A DNA stretch of 64,000 nucleotides from Balanoglossus misakiensis (taxonomy: Eukaryota; Animalia; Hemichordata), in the NCBI GenBank assembly GCA_040954595.2, contig CM082582.2, forward strand, positions 1,470,203 to 1,534,202. The letters are read 5' to 3'. This document shows positions 13,447 through 26,502 of this stretch, piece by piece; the stretch's first letter is position 1; each line of letters starts with the position of its first letter. The translations under genes and the position numbers were made by a program. The notes beneath the pieces were generated by a model. That model did no database searches, was not told the origin of the DNA, and worked only from the letters and a program-made list of their open reading frames with translations.

Positions 13447-16400
13447 TTGACCCACAAATCACTCAAAATTAATAGGCAGGATACTGTCCACTCTGGCCTG
13501 GTTACTGTCTGGCCTGCTTAATGTTGACGCAAAGGTTGACCCCACCAAACACTCAAAATTAATAGGCAGCATACTGGCCACTCTGGCCTAGTTAATGTTG
13601 ACGCAAAGGTTGACCCCCACCAAACACTCAAAATTAATGGGCACGATACTGGCCACTCTGGCCTAGTTAATGTTGACGCAAAGGTTGACCCCACCAAACA
13701 CTCAAAATCAATGGGCAGCATACTGTCCACTATGGCCTGGTTACTGTGTGCTCTGGTTAATGTTGACGCAAAGGTTGACCCCACCAAACACTCAAAATTA
13801 ATGGGCAGCACACTGTCCACTACGGCCTGGTTACTGTGTGCTCTGGTTAATGTTGATGCAAAGGTTGACCCCACCAAACACTCAAAATTAATGGGCAGAA
13901 CACTGTCCACTATGGCCTGGTTACTGTGTGCTCTGGTTAATGTTGATGCAAAGGTTGACCCCACCAAACACTCAAAATTAATGGGCAGGATACTGGCCAC
14001 TCTGGCCTAGTTAATGTTGACGCAAAGGTTGACCCCCACCAAACACTCAAAATTAATGGGCACGATACTGGCCACTCTGGCCTAGTTAATGTTGACGCAA
14101 AGGTTGACCCCACCAAACACTCAAAATTAATGGGCAGCACACTGTCCACTACGGCCTGGTTACTGTGTGCTCTGGTTAATGTTGATGCAAAGGTTGACCC
14201 CACCAAACACTCAAAATTAATGGGCAGAACACTGTCCACTATGGCCTGGTTACTGTGTGCTCTGGTTAATGTTGATGCAAAGGTTGACCCCACCAAACAC
14301 TCAAAATTAATGGGCAGGATACTGGCCACTCTGGCCTAGTTAATGTTGACGCAAAGGTTGACCCCCACCAAACACTCAAAATTAATGGGCACGATACTGG
14401 CCACTCTGGCCTAGTTAATGTTGACGCAAAGGTTGACCCCCACGAAACACTCAAAATTAATGGGCACGATACTGGCCACTCTGGCCTAGTTAATGTTGAC
14501 GCAAAGGTTGACCCCACCAAACACTCAAAATTAATGGGCAGCACACTGTCCACTACGGCCTGGTTACTGTGTGCTCTGGTTAATGTTGACGCAAAGGTTG
14601 ACCCCACCAAACACTCAAAATTAATGGGCAGAACACTGTCCACTATGGCCTGGTTACTGTGTGCTCTGGTTAATGTTGACGCAAAGGTTGACCCCACCAA
14701 ACACTCAAAATTAATGGGCAGAACACTGTCCACTACGGCCTGGTTACTGTGTGCTCTGGTTAATGTTGACGCAAAGGTTGACCCCACCAAACACTCAAAA
14801 TTAATGGGCAGAACACTGTCCACTACGGCCTGGTTACTGTGTGCTCTGGTTAATGTTGACGCAAAGGTTGACCCCACCAAACACTCAAAATTAATGGGCA
14901 GCACACTGTCCACTATGGCCTGGTTACTGTGTGCTCTGGTTAATGTTGACGCAAAGGTTGACCCCACCAAACACTCAAAATTAATGGGCAGAACACTGTC
15001 CACTACGGCCTGGTTACTGTGTGCTCTGGTTAATGTTGACGCAAAGGTTGACCCCCACCAAACACTCAAAATTAATGGGCACGATACTGGCCACTCTGGC
15101 CTAGTTAATGTTGACGCAAAGGTTGACCCCACCAAACACTCAAAATTAATGGGCACGATACTGGCCACTCTGGCCTAGTTAATGTTGACGCAAAGGTTGA
15201 CCCCACCAAACACTCAAAATTAATGGGCACGATACTGGCCACTCTGGCCTAGTTAATGTTGACGCAAAGGTTGACCCCACCAAACACTCAAAATTAATGG
15301 GCACGATACTGGCCACTCTGGCCTAGTTAATGTTGACGCAAAGGTTGACCCCACCAAACACTCAAAATTAATGTGCAGAACACTGTCCACTATGGCCTGG
15401 TTACTCTGTGCTCTGGTTAATGTTGACGCAAAGGTTGACCCCACCAAACACTCAAAATTAATGGGCAGCACACTGTCCACTATGGCCTGGTTACTGTGTG
15501 CTCTGGTTAATGTTGACGCAAAGGTTGACCCCACCAAACACTCAAAATTAATGGGCAGAACACTGTCCACTACGGCCTGGTTACTGTGTGCTCTGGTTAA
15601 TGTTGACGCAAAGGTTGACCCCACCAAACACTCAAAATTAATGGGCAGCACACTGTCCACTATGGCCTGGTTACTGTGTGCTCTGGTTAATGTTGACGCA
15701 AAGGTTGACCCCACCAAACACTCAAAATTAATGGGCAGAACACTGTCCACTACGGCCTGGTTACTGTGTGCTCTGGTTAATGTTGACGCAAAGGTTGACC
15801 CCACCAAACACTCAAAATTAATGGGCAGAACACTGTCCACTACGGCCTGGTTACTGTGTGCTCTGGTTAATGTTGACGCAAAGGTTGACCCCACCAAACA
15901 CTCAAAATTAATGGGCAGAACACTGTCCACTATGGCCTGGTTACTGTGTGCTCTGGTTAATGTTGACGCAAAGGTTGACCCCACCAAACACTCAAAATTA
16001 ATGGGCAGCACACTGTCCACTATGGCCTGGTTACTGTGTGCTCTGGTTAATGTTGACGCAAAGGTTGACCCCACCAAACACTCAAAATTAATGGGCAGAA
16101 CACTGTCCACTACGGCCTGGTTACTGTGTGCTCTGGTTAATGTTGACGCAAAGGTTGACCCCACCAAACACTCAAAATTAATGGGCAGAACACTGTCCAC
16201 TATGGCCTGGTTACTGTGTGCTCTGGTTAATGTTGACGCAAAGGTTGACCCCACCAAACACTCAAAATTAATGGGCAGAACACTGTCCACTACGGCCTGG
16301 TTACTGTGTGCTCTGGTTAATGTTGACGCAAAGGTTGACCCCCACCAAACACTCAAAATTAATGGGCAGAACACTGTCCACTATGGCCTGGTTACTGTGT

Positions 16401-19400
16401 GCTCTGGTTAATGTTGACGCAAAGGTTGACCCCACCAAACACTCAAAATTAATGGGCAGAACACTGTCCACTACGGCCTGGTTACTGTGTGCTCTGGTTA
16501 ATGTTGACGCAAAGGTTGACCCCACCAAACACTCAAAATTAATGGGCAGCACACTGTCCACTACGGCCTGGTTACTGTGTGCTCTGGTTAATGTTGACGC
16601 AAAGGTTGACCCCACCAAACACTCAAAATTAATGGGCAGAACACTGTCCACTACGGCCTGGTTACTGTGTGCTCTGGTTAATGTTGACGCAAAGGTTGAC
16701 CCCACCAAACACTCAAAATTAATGGGCAGAACACTGTCCACTATGGCCTGGTTACTGTGTGCTCTGGTTAATGTTGACGCAAAGGTTGACCCCACCAAAC
16801 ACTCAAAATTAATGGGCAGAACACTGTCCACTACGGCCTGGTTACTGTGTGCTCTGGTTAATGTTGACGCAAAGGTTGACCCCACCAAACACTCAAAATT
16901 AATGGGCAGAACACTGTCCACTATGGCCTGGTTACTGTGTGCTCTGGTTAATGTTGACGCAAAGGTTGACCCCACCAAACACTCAAAATTAATGGGCAGA
17001 ACACTGTCCACTACGGTCTGGTTACTGTGTGCTCTGGTTAATGTTGACACAAAGGTTGACCCCACCAAACACTCAAAATTAATGGGCAGAACACTGTCCA
17101 CTATGGCCTGGTTACTGTGTGCTCTGGTTAATGTTGACGCAAAGGTTGACCCCACCAAACACTCAAAATTAATGGGCAGCACACTGTCCACTATGGCCTG
17201 GTTACTGTGTGCTCTGGTTAATGTTGACGCAAAGGTTGACCCCACCAAACACTCAAAATTAATGGGCAGAACACTGTCCACTACGGCCTGGTTACTGTGT
17301 GCTCTGGTTAATGTTGACGCAAAGGTTGACCCCACCAAACACTCAAAATTAATGGGCAGAACACTGTCCACTACGGCCTGGTTACTGTGTGCTCTGGTTA
17401 ATGTTGACGCAAAGGTTGACCCCCACCAAACACTCAAAATTAATGGGCACGATACTGGCCACTCTGGCCTAGTTAATGTTGACGCAAAGGTTGACCCCAC
17501 CAAACACTCAAAATTAATGGGCACGATACTGGCCACTCTGGCCTAGTTAATGTTGACGCAAAGGTTGACCCCACCAAACACTCAAAATTAATGGGCACGA
17601 TACTGGCCACTCTGGCCTAGTTAATGTTGACGCAAAGGTTGACCCCACCAAACACTCAAAATTAATGGGCACGATACTGGCCACTCTGGCCTAGTTAATG
17701 TTGACGCAAAGGTTGACCCCACCAAACACTCAAAATTAATGGGCACGATACTGGCCACTCTGGCCTAGTTAATGTTGACGCAAAGGTTGACCCCACCAAA
17801 CACTCAAAATTAATGGGCACGATACTGGCCACTCTGGCCTAGTTAATGTTGACGCAAAGGTTGACCCCACCAAACACTCAAAATTAATGGGCAGAACACT
17901 GTCCACTACGGCCTGGTTACTGTGTGCTCTGGTTAATGTTGACGCAAAGGTTGACCCCACCAAACACTCAAAATTAATGGGCAGAACACTGTCCACTACG
18001 GCCTGGTTACTGTGTGCTCTGGTTAATGTTGACGCAAAGGTTGACCCCCACCAAACACTCAAAATTAATGGGCACGATACTGGCCACTCTGGCCTAGTTT
18101 ATGTTGACGCAAAGGTTGACCCCACCAAACACTCAAAATTAATGGGCACGATACTGGCCACTCTGGCCTAGTTAATGTTGACGCAAAGGTTGACCCCACC
18201 AAACACTCAAAATTAATGGGCACGATACTGGCCACTCTGGCCTAGTTAATGTTGACGCAAAGGTTGACCCCACCAAACACTCAAAATTAATGGGCACGAT
18301 ACTGGCCACTCTGGCCTAGTTAATGTTGACGCAAAGGTTGACCCCACCAAACACTCAAAATTAATGGGCACGATACTGGCCACTCTGGCCTAGTTAATGT
18401 TGACGCAAAGGTTGACCCCACCAAACACTCAAAATTAATGGGCAGAACACTGTCCACTACGGCCTGGTTACTGTGTGCTCTGGTTAATGTTGACGCAAAG
18501 GTTGACCCCACCAAACACTCAAAATTAATGGGCAGAACACTGTCCACTCGACCTGGTTACTGTGTGCTCTGGTTAATGTTGACGCAAAGGTTGACCCCAC
18601 CAAACACTCAAAATTAATGGGCAGAACACTGTCCACTACGGCCTGGTTACTGTGTGCTCTGGTTAATGTTGACGCAAAGGTTGACCCCACCAAACACTCA
18701 AAATTAATGGGCAGCACACTGTCCACTATGGCCTGGTTACTGTGTGCTCTGGTTAATGTTGACGCAAAGGTTGACCCCACCAAACACTCAAAATTAATGG
18801 GCAGAACACTGTCCACTACGGCCTGGTTACTGTGTGCTCTGGTTAATGTTGACGCAAAGGTTGACCCCCATCAAACACTCAAAATTAATGGGCACGATAC
18901 TGGCCACTCTGGCCTGGTTACTGTGTGCTCTGGTTAATGTTGACGCAAAGGTTGACCCCACCAAACACTCAAAATTAATGGGCAGAACACTGTCCACTAC
19001 GGCCTGGTTACTGTGTGCTCTGGTTAATGTTGACGCAAAGGTTGACCCCACCAAACACTCAAAATTAATGGGCAGAACACTGTCCACTACGGCCTGGTTA
19101 CTGTGTGCTCTGGTTAATGTTGACGCAAAGGTTGACCCCACCAAACACTCAAAATTAATGGGCAGCACACTGTCCACTATGGCCTGGTTACTGTGTGCTC
19201 TGGTTAATGTTGACGCAAAGGTTGACCCCACCAAACACTCAAAATTAATGGGCAGAACACTGTCCACTACGGCCTGGTTACTGTGTGCTCTGGTTAATGT
19301 TGACGCAAAGGTTGACCCCACCAAACACTCAAAATTAATGGGCAGAACACTGTCCACTATGGCCTGGTTACTGTGTGCTCTGGTTAATGTTGACGCAAAG

Positions 19401-21695
19401 GTTGACCCCACCAAACACTCAAAATTAATGGGCAGAACACTGTCCACTACGGCCTGGTTACTGTGTGCTCTGGTTAATGTTGACGCAAAGGTTGACCCCA
19501 CCAAACACTCAAAATTAATGGGCAGAACACTGTCCACTATGGCCTGGTTACTGTGTGCTCTGGTTAATGTTGACGCAAAGGTTGACCCCACCAAACACTC
19601 AAAATTAATGGGCAGCACACTGTCCACTATGGCCTGGTTACTGTGTGCTCTGGTTAATGTTGACGCAAAGGTTGACCCCACCAAACACTCAAAATTAATG
19701 GGCAGAACACTGTCCACTACGGCCTGGTTACTGTGTGCTCTGGTTAATGTTGACGCAAAGGTTGACCCCCACCAAACACTCAAAATTAATGGGCACGATA
19801 CTGGCCACTCTGGCCTAGTTAATGTTGACACAAAGGTTGACCCCACCAAACACTCAAAATTAATGGGCAAGATACTGGCCACTCTGGCCTAGTTAATGTT
19901 GACGCAAAGGTTGACCCCACCAAACACTCAAAATTAATGGGCATGATACTGGCCACTCTGGCCTAGTTAATGTTGACGCAAAGGTTGACCCCACCAAACA
20001 CTCAAAATTAATGGGCACGATACTGGCCACTCTGGCCTAGTTAATGTTGACGCAAAGGTTGACCCCACCAAACACTCAAAATTAATGGGCAGAACACTGT
20101 CCACTACGGCCTGGTTACTGTGTGCTCTGGTTAATGTTGACGCAAAGGTTGACTCCACCAAACACTCAAAATTAATGGGCAGAACACTGTCCACTACGGC
20201 CTGGTTACTGTGTGCTCTGGTTAATGTTGACGCAAAGGTTGACCCCACCAAACACTCAAAATTAATGGGCAGAACACTGTCCACTACGGCCTGGTTACTG
20301 TGTGCTCTGGTTAATGTTGACGCAAAGGTTGACCCCACCAAACACTCAAAATTAATGGGCAGCACACTGTCCACTATGGCCTGGTTACTGTGTGCTCTGG
20401 TTAATGTTGACGCAAAGGTTGACCCCACCAAACACTCAAAATTAATGGGCAGAACACTGTCCACTACGGCCTGGTTACTGTGTGCTCTGGTTAATGTTGA
20501 CGCAAAGGTTGACCCCACCAAACACTCAAAATTAATGGGCAGAACACTGTCCACTATGGCCTGGTTACTGTGTGCTCTGGTTAATGTTGACGCAAAGGTT
20601 GACCCCACCAAACACTCAAAATTAATGGGCAGAACACTGTCCACTACGGCCTGGTTACTGTGTGCTCTGGTTAATGTTGACGCAAAGGTTGACCCCACCA
20701 AACACTCAAAATTAATGGGCAGAACACTGTCCACTATGGCCTGGTTACTGTGTGCTCTGGTTAATGTTGACGCAAAGGTTGACCCCACCAAACACTCAAA
20801 ATTAATGGGCAGCACACTGTCCACTATGGCCTGGTTACTGTGTGCTCTGGTTAATGTTGACGCAAAGGTTGACCCCACCAAACACTTAAAATTAATGGGC
20901 AGAACACTGTCCACTACGGCCTGGTTACTGTGTGCTCTGGTTAATGTTGACGCAAAGGTTGACCCCCACCAAACACTCAAAATTAATGGGCACGATACTG
21001 GCCACTCTGGCCTAGTTAATGTTGACACAAAGGTTGACCCCACCAAACACTCAAAATTAATGGGCAAGATACTGGCCACTCTGGCCTAGTTAATGTTGAC
21101 GCAAAGGTTGACCCCACCAAACACTCAAAATTAATGGGCATGATACTGGCCACTCTGGCCTAGTTAATGTTGACGCAAAGGTTGACCCCACCAAACACTC
21201 AAAATTAATGGGCACGATACTGGCCACTCTGGCCTAGTTAATGTTGACGCAAAGGTTGACCCCACCAAACACTCAAAATTAATGGGCAGAACACTGTCCA
21301 CTACGGCCTGGTTACTGTGTGCTCTGGTTAATGTTGACGCAAAGGTTGACCCCACCAAACACTCAAAATTAATGGGCAGAACACTGTCCACTACGGCCTG
21401 GTTACTGTGTGCTCTGGTTAATGTTGACGCAAAGGTTGACCCCACCAAACACTCAAAATTAATGGGCAGAACACTGTCCACTACGGCCTGGTTACTGTGT
21501 GCTCTGGTTAATGTTGACGCAAAGGTTGACCCCACCAAACACTCAAAATTAATGGGCAGCACACTGTCCACTATGGCCTGGTTACTGTGTGCTCTGGTTA
21601 ATGTTGACGCAAAGGTTGACCCCACCAAACACTCAAAATTAATGGGCAGAACACTGTCCACTACGGCCTGGTTACTGTGTGCTCTGGTTAATGTT
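13447..21695. repeat. composite minisatellite array of 90-bp and 74/75-bp units sharing a 50-bp core, with higher-order repeats
   Basis: Core ttaatgttgacgcaaaggttgaccccaccaaacactcaaaattaatgggc, followed by either a 40-bp tail (agaacactgtccactaYggcctggttactgtgtgctctgg) or a 24-bp tail (acgatactggccactctggcctag). Roughly 95-100 units, estimated from length. Confidence 0.97.
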
Positions 21696-21928
21696 AATGG
21701 TAGGTCGTGGTTGTCTCATTTCAGGGATTTGTGGACTAAATGTCAATCTTTGTACTATTCGTACATGAAACTTTTCTTTCAAATACAACTTACAGACCAA
21801 CATAGACAGTCATGCTTATATAAGTATGACTATCTATTAAAGTAACATTCATATCATGATTGTTGTTTTACACTGTGTTTTCAAAGTAATTGTTGCAGTA
21901 AACCAATTGCCTTGCTTGGAAATATTAA

Positions 21929-22035
21929 AAGGGAAGTCCTGTCCAGCTGATTTATGCATAATTTCTACACAATGTTTTTTTCTGAAAGAATGACCTCAAA
22001 GCTACCCAATTATGTAGCTGAACCGGACTTCCCCT
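21929..22035. mobile_element. short TTAA-flanked MITE
   Basis: TTAA|aagggaagtcc...ggacttcccct|TTAA. A related copy at ~25550-25661 truncates the CCP1 exon. Confidence 0.65.
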
Positions 22036-22336
22036 TTAAATGCTACCAGTGAGCTTGTTTGTCTTTGTAAATACACTCAAGTATTAATCCCCTTTTTCTC
22101 AGAATTCAATGCATCTTCATGCCATGAGGTGAGAGGACACTTTTGTTAGCAGGAGGGAAACAAATCCAAAATAAATAATAACAGTGCAAAGTTGGTCTGC
22201 TGACTTTCTCCACATTTCATTATTGAATTACGGCAAAATTATGAAATCCAATTATGAAATTCAGCTTTTTGTCCACTTTTTGTTGCTGCAAATTCATTGC
22301 GGTATAAAGGTCAATAATATGACAAATCTTGGTTAA

Positions 22337-22521
22337 AAGTATACAGTCACCTTCAATACACATTCCCATATATGGCTGAATGGCGTATTTGAGCATTCTA
22401 AAGAACATATGGTGGCGCCTGTTTTCCACGTGTGCCACCAAATGAAAATCTGTGATTGGCTAGATTTCAATTTTCCATGGTAACTATATATAGCTAATTT
22501 TCCATGGGTGATCATATACCT
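22337..22521. mobile_element. TTAA-flanked MITE (AGGTATAC.GTCACC termini)
   Basis: Imperfect TIRs aagtatacagtcacc / ggtgatcatatacct between TTAA sites. A partial copy lies in opposite orientation at ~37625-37760. Confidence 0.65.
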
Positions 22522-22550
22522 TTAACTCTATAGTTTAACATGATACTTAC

Positions 22551-22736
22551 GAACACATGATTGGTTAAAAGTGTAGACATCATACATTGAGAGACCAGTT
22601 TCTCCAGGTGGCAGATAGAATCCACCTGTGCCGTTATTTGCATATAAGAGATAGCCTTCTTCACAGGAACATTGAAAACCACCTGCAGTGTTTTTACAAA
22701 GTTGATCACAAGAATGTGAAGCACATTCATTTATAT
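22551..22736 (-). CDS. exon 16: calcium-binding EGF domain with long insert (DINECASHSCDQLCKNTAGGFQCSCEEGYLLYANNGTGGFYLPPGETGLSMYDVYTFNQSCV)
   Basis: TAG acceptor, GTAAG donor, 186 bp, phase 1-1, intact. This frame is not listed in the ORF track. Confidence 0.92.
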
Positions 22737-23257
22737 CTACAAAGAAGGAACATGGATTGGATTAAAACAATGTACGTTCAGTAAAATTGAAAGTATTGTC
22801 ATTTCTTTTAATCGTGAATTTTGGGATTATCTTGTGTACGTACAAGATGAATCTGTGATAAAATAAAGGCGTCACCTTGCTTGCTTTTGAAATACAAGGC
22901 CATTAATTTAGTTGATAATAGAAGAAACCTGCTGACTCAGCATGGTTCACCAATGGTTTGTCTATGGACAAAAACCTTAAAGAAATTTATCTCAAAATAG
23001 AGCATTGTAATCACACAATTTTATTTGACCAATGAATTTATATTTACTAGACTGAGCTATGTGTAAAATTTCGTGAAAATGACAATAGTAGAAGTTTGTT
23101 TTCTAGCAATTATCAATGTAATCCTATGAGAAAAAGACACCTGAGATTAAAAGGTCATTCCAAAAATTTATCCGGAATTCTGAAATAAGTTCGGAATGTG
23201 TTAAATGTGAAAATAGTGACTTGAAGTTATGTTGCAAGTGACTTGTTTATGTCTCAC

Positions 23258-23386
23258 CTTTGCATGCTGTTCCATTCACATCTGGTTCAAATCCCACCAA
23301 ACATGCACACTGATAGTCACCATCTCTATTTTCACAGACTTGATTGATTCCACACCGTGCCACCAATGTACTACATTCATTGATAT
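23258..23386 (-). CDS. exon 15: calcium-binding EGF domain (DINECSTLVARCGINQVCENRDGDYQCACLVGFEPDVNGTACK)
   Basis: CAG acceptor, GTGAG donor, 129 bp, six-Cys EGF pattern, intact. Confidence 0.92.
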
Positions 23387-23863
23387 CTGAAATGTTATTC
23401 ATCAAGATATGATCAAAATCCCACAGGTCCGCTGGTAAATTCAGACCAACAAGTTTAGCTGGGAACCACCAGACCAACAGGAAATTTTCACAAACAAATT
23501 TTCGCGAACTATGCAAGAGCCAAAAAAAAAAGACATTTTTGCGTAAAAAACTATTTTCAGTGATAACAATGTAGTGAAATACGAGAACATGAAAATTAAT
23601 CGTCTCATAACAGTTTCTGCTTTTGATATCGCAAAAAATTTCTTTGTCGCGAAAATTTCCTGTTTTACAGTAATCAATGAAAAATAAAATTACGAAAATC
23701 ATGAAATTTCTGACAGCCATAGATTTGCATGGCATGAACTGTATGTCCTATCAGCATGTAGTTTAGGTGACATTTATGATAAATAGTCAAATTACTGGAG
23801 TGATCGATTACGGTACCTCATAAGCAGACAACCACATGAAGACCAATCTTGATGTGAACTTAC

Positions 23864-24046
23864 CAATGCATGATGGTATTGCACTATTCCACTGTAAATC
23901 GGATTGACAAGTCAGGTAATCAGCACCATTTAATTCATAGCCAGCATTACAATAGAATGTGATGTTACTGCCCATATAATATGGTCCACTATCAGGGACA
24001 GCTTGTAGATGTGGGTCTGTTATGAGTATATCACTGCAGTTCAATC
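23864..24046 (-). CDS. exon 14: Sushi/CCP domain 4
   Basis: CAG/GTAAG, 183 bp; C...GSNITFYCNAGYELNG...TCQSDLQWNSAIPSC; intact. Confidence 0.92.
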
Positions 24047-24356
24047 CTGCAAGTAAAAAAAATAAAACACTATGTGGATGCAGACTTGATTGTGGTATAT
24101 ATATTGGGTATCTGTATTCTGTCACAACTTTAACATTTTCACCCCAAGTTCCCACTATAAAAGTCCAGATACCATTGACTCCTTTTTTTCAATTATCGAC
24201 TAAATTCATGACTCTGTATTTCAAAAACAAGCGTGGTGACCCCTATATTTTATCACAAATTTTCATTATACATACATAGGATAATCCAAAAATTAACAAT
24301 TAAAAGAAATGACCATATTTTCAATTTTACTGAATGTACATCCTTAAATGACTTAC

Positions 24357-24539
24357 GTTGACAGTATCCTGGATCTCCAATCCATGATCCATCTTCACCA
24401 CATGTAGAGACAGTGTAGCCAGTCAGACTGTAGCCAGATGGACATGAGTAGGCAACGGTTGTTCCAAAAATCAATGAATCACCATTAACAATTTCATATG
24501 ATAAGTAGTTGTCTACATTCGGTGGTGGACACTCGCGAG
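24357..24539 (-). CDS. exon 13: Sushi/CCP domain 3
   Basis: CAG/GTAAG, 183 bp; CPPP...FGTTVAYSCPSGYSLTG...TCGEDGSWIGDPGYC; intact. Confidence 0.92.
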
Positions 24540-24837
24540 CTGTTTGGATAAGATGAACAGATAACATTACAAGTGTGTTAATACTAGGAAAATGGTTTAA
24601 AGGGACATGCAGTAACCCTCACAATCCTGCATATTTTCAAGTTACCAGTGTCTGGTTTAACATTCAGTGTGTAATGTCCCAATTAGACACCCATGTGGAA
24701 TGTAGCAACCAGCACAAAGTGCCCCATCATAACGCTATGGAGAGAATTTCAACTTGAGTCAGTGATTTTTATGAAAACATGACAGTGAACACCCTGTGTT
24801 ATACTTTGTTTTCAAAACGACTCATCACACACTTTAA

Positions 24838-25137
24838 AGCCTCTAGAGCTGCCAAATTTCACAATTTTTTTCTTTTCCACAGTAAAACCTTTCAAATCTA
24901 TGGTGATGCATACCACGATAGCTAGCTGCATACTGTTTGTATGGAGGCTGATTTTAATAAAATGGGTACGGCACCTGTTTAATACATTGCACGTTTAAAT
25001 TGCAACATACAGCCACAATCAGGCATTGATGACATGTTCTTGTATCCCTATCAGTAAGCTTAATTATTTCAATGTACCAATCTACGTCGGAAAATAAAAT
25101 CTGAAAATAAATGCAAAAAGTGGCAGCTCTAGTGGCT
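24838..25137. mobile_element. 300-bp TTAA-flanked MITE
   Basis: TTAA|agcctctagagctgcc ... ggcagctctagtggct|TTAA. Confidence 0.7.
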
Positions 25138-25240
25138 TTAAAGCACTGAAAGGTTCAGAGGACTAACATTTTTCTGAAAATCCGTCTCCTAAGTGTGCAC
25201 TACAATGGCAGTTTAATTGTTTTCAAAAATATCAACTTAC

Positions 25241-25420
25241 GCTCGCATTGGGGCACAAGTGGACCCCAGACACCATCTGCTTGGCATTCCAATGAAGACA
25301 CATTATTTATAAACTGATAGCCCTCAATGCATTGATAATAAGCAATGCCACCATACACTGTACTGGTAACATTGGTAAGAATTCCATTGCTGCACTCAGG
25401 GGGTCCACCACATGTTATTC
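25241..25420 (-). CDS. exon 12: Sushi/CCP domain 2 (ITCGGPPECSNGILTNVTSTVYGGIAYYQCIEGYQFINNVSSLECQADGVWGPLVPQCE)
   Basis: TAG/GTAAG, 180 bp, phase 1-1, intact. Confidence 0.9.
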
Positions 25421-25665
25421 CTAAAAAATAAACAACAAATTAGTGTCATTCAAGTTGTTGCTAACAATAGATTCAAGAGACAAATTAAGTCTCTCTCATC
25501 ACTGCACTTTTTTCATTAATTATCTTGGATACAAGACACCAGGCTAGGCATATTTGCATAGCTGGTACGACTTATACACGGCGAAAATGTTTTTTTTTTC
25601 CTGAAAGAGTGACCTCAAAGCTACAAAATTATGTAGATATCAGCTAGACCGGACATCCCCTTTAA

Positions 25666-25766
25666 CTACTGGATAACCGTCCGAGCATTGGAATGAGACA
25701 GAGACATCATACCTTCTATCTCTGTACTGGTCACCACGCCCTCACTAATCACAATTTCGGGACAGT
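25666..25766 (-). pseudogene. exon 11 remnant: Sushi/CCP domain 1, frameshifted and truncated by a MITE
   Basis: CAG|DCPEIVISEGVVTSTE, then a frame change (~25720) to RRYDVSVSFQCSDGY, then an abrupt run into a TTAA-flanked MITE. The second half of the domain and the donor are absent. Confidence 0.8.
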
Positions 25767-25841
25767 CTGTCAGAACAAGGATCACAATGATAAGAATGCA
25801 TGCAGACAAATACTTAAACTCATAAATGTCAGTTGTTTTAA

Positions 25842-26065
25842 AGTGAAGGGGTCGTCGCAATGCGTTTGTTTATAAACATTACAATTCATCCACAAATCCC
25901 TCAAATAAGATAATTCTTAGAATGAACGAAGCAGCTGACAGTATCCTAGACTGTCCATGACAGCAACTGAAGATCCTAGTAGGTCGTGGCTGTCTAATTT
26001 CAGGGATTTGTGGATGAATTGCAATGTTTATAAACAAACAAACGCAGTGCGACGACCCCATCACT
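25842..26065. mobile_element. palindromic MITE
   Basis: Long imperfect TIRs agtga.ggggtcgtcgca.tgcgtttgtttataaacatt.caattcatccacaaatccct; left flank TTAA. Confidence 0.75.
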
Positions 26066-26502
26066 TTATTGAGTGTGATACAAGAGTGTTGCCATTCCTG
26101 TCAATGGTCCAAAATTGCATTGCAATTGTAAGAAATTACTGTCTCTGTTTTTCCAGCTCTTTGAAGTTTCGTAAAAATTCAAAAACATTTGCACCTTTCA
26201 ATTAATGACTCTAAATCACAAGGAATAAAGGGAGAGTGTGTTTCTAAGAATTCTGTAACAACTTTTTCTGAAATGTTAGTAAGTTACTGTAAAACACTTT
26301 ATTTTCGCGAGCAAGAGATTTTCGCGAAATACGCGAGAGCCAAAATAGCGTGAAAATAAAAAGTTGCGTAATTTTTTTGAAGATAAAGATGCAATGAATG
26401 AAATAAGAGAACGCGAAAATTAACACTGGCGAAACAGTGGCCTCTCTCGATGTCGCGAAAAATTTCAACTCGTGAAAATAAAGTGTTTTACAGTATGTGT
26501 AC

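Noticed and set aside
13447-21695. CRISPR-like array (constant 50-bp repeat plus variable spacer)
   Set aside because: There are only two related tail types with point variants rather than unique spacers, no cas genes, and the context is eukaryotic.
22103-22128. 26-bp plus-strand micro-exon (tttttctcag...gtgag)
   Set aside because: Splice-like motifs only, with no partner exons or homology.
23293-23303. cccaccaaaca (CLVG) shared between the EGF exon and the minisatellite core, suggesting the array derives from the gene
   Set aside because: Only 11 bp match, with no flanking similarity and no EGF cysteine pattern in the repeat; compatible with chance.
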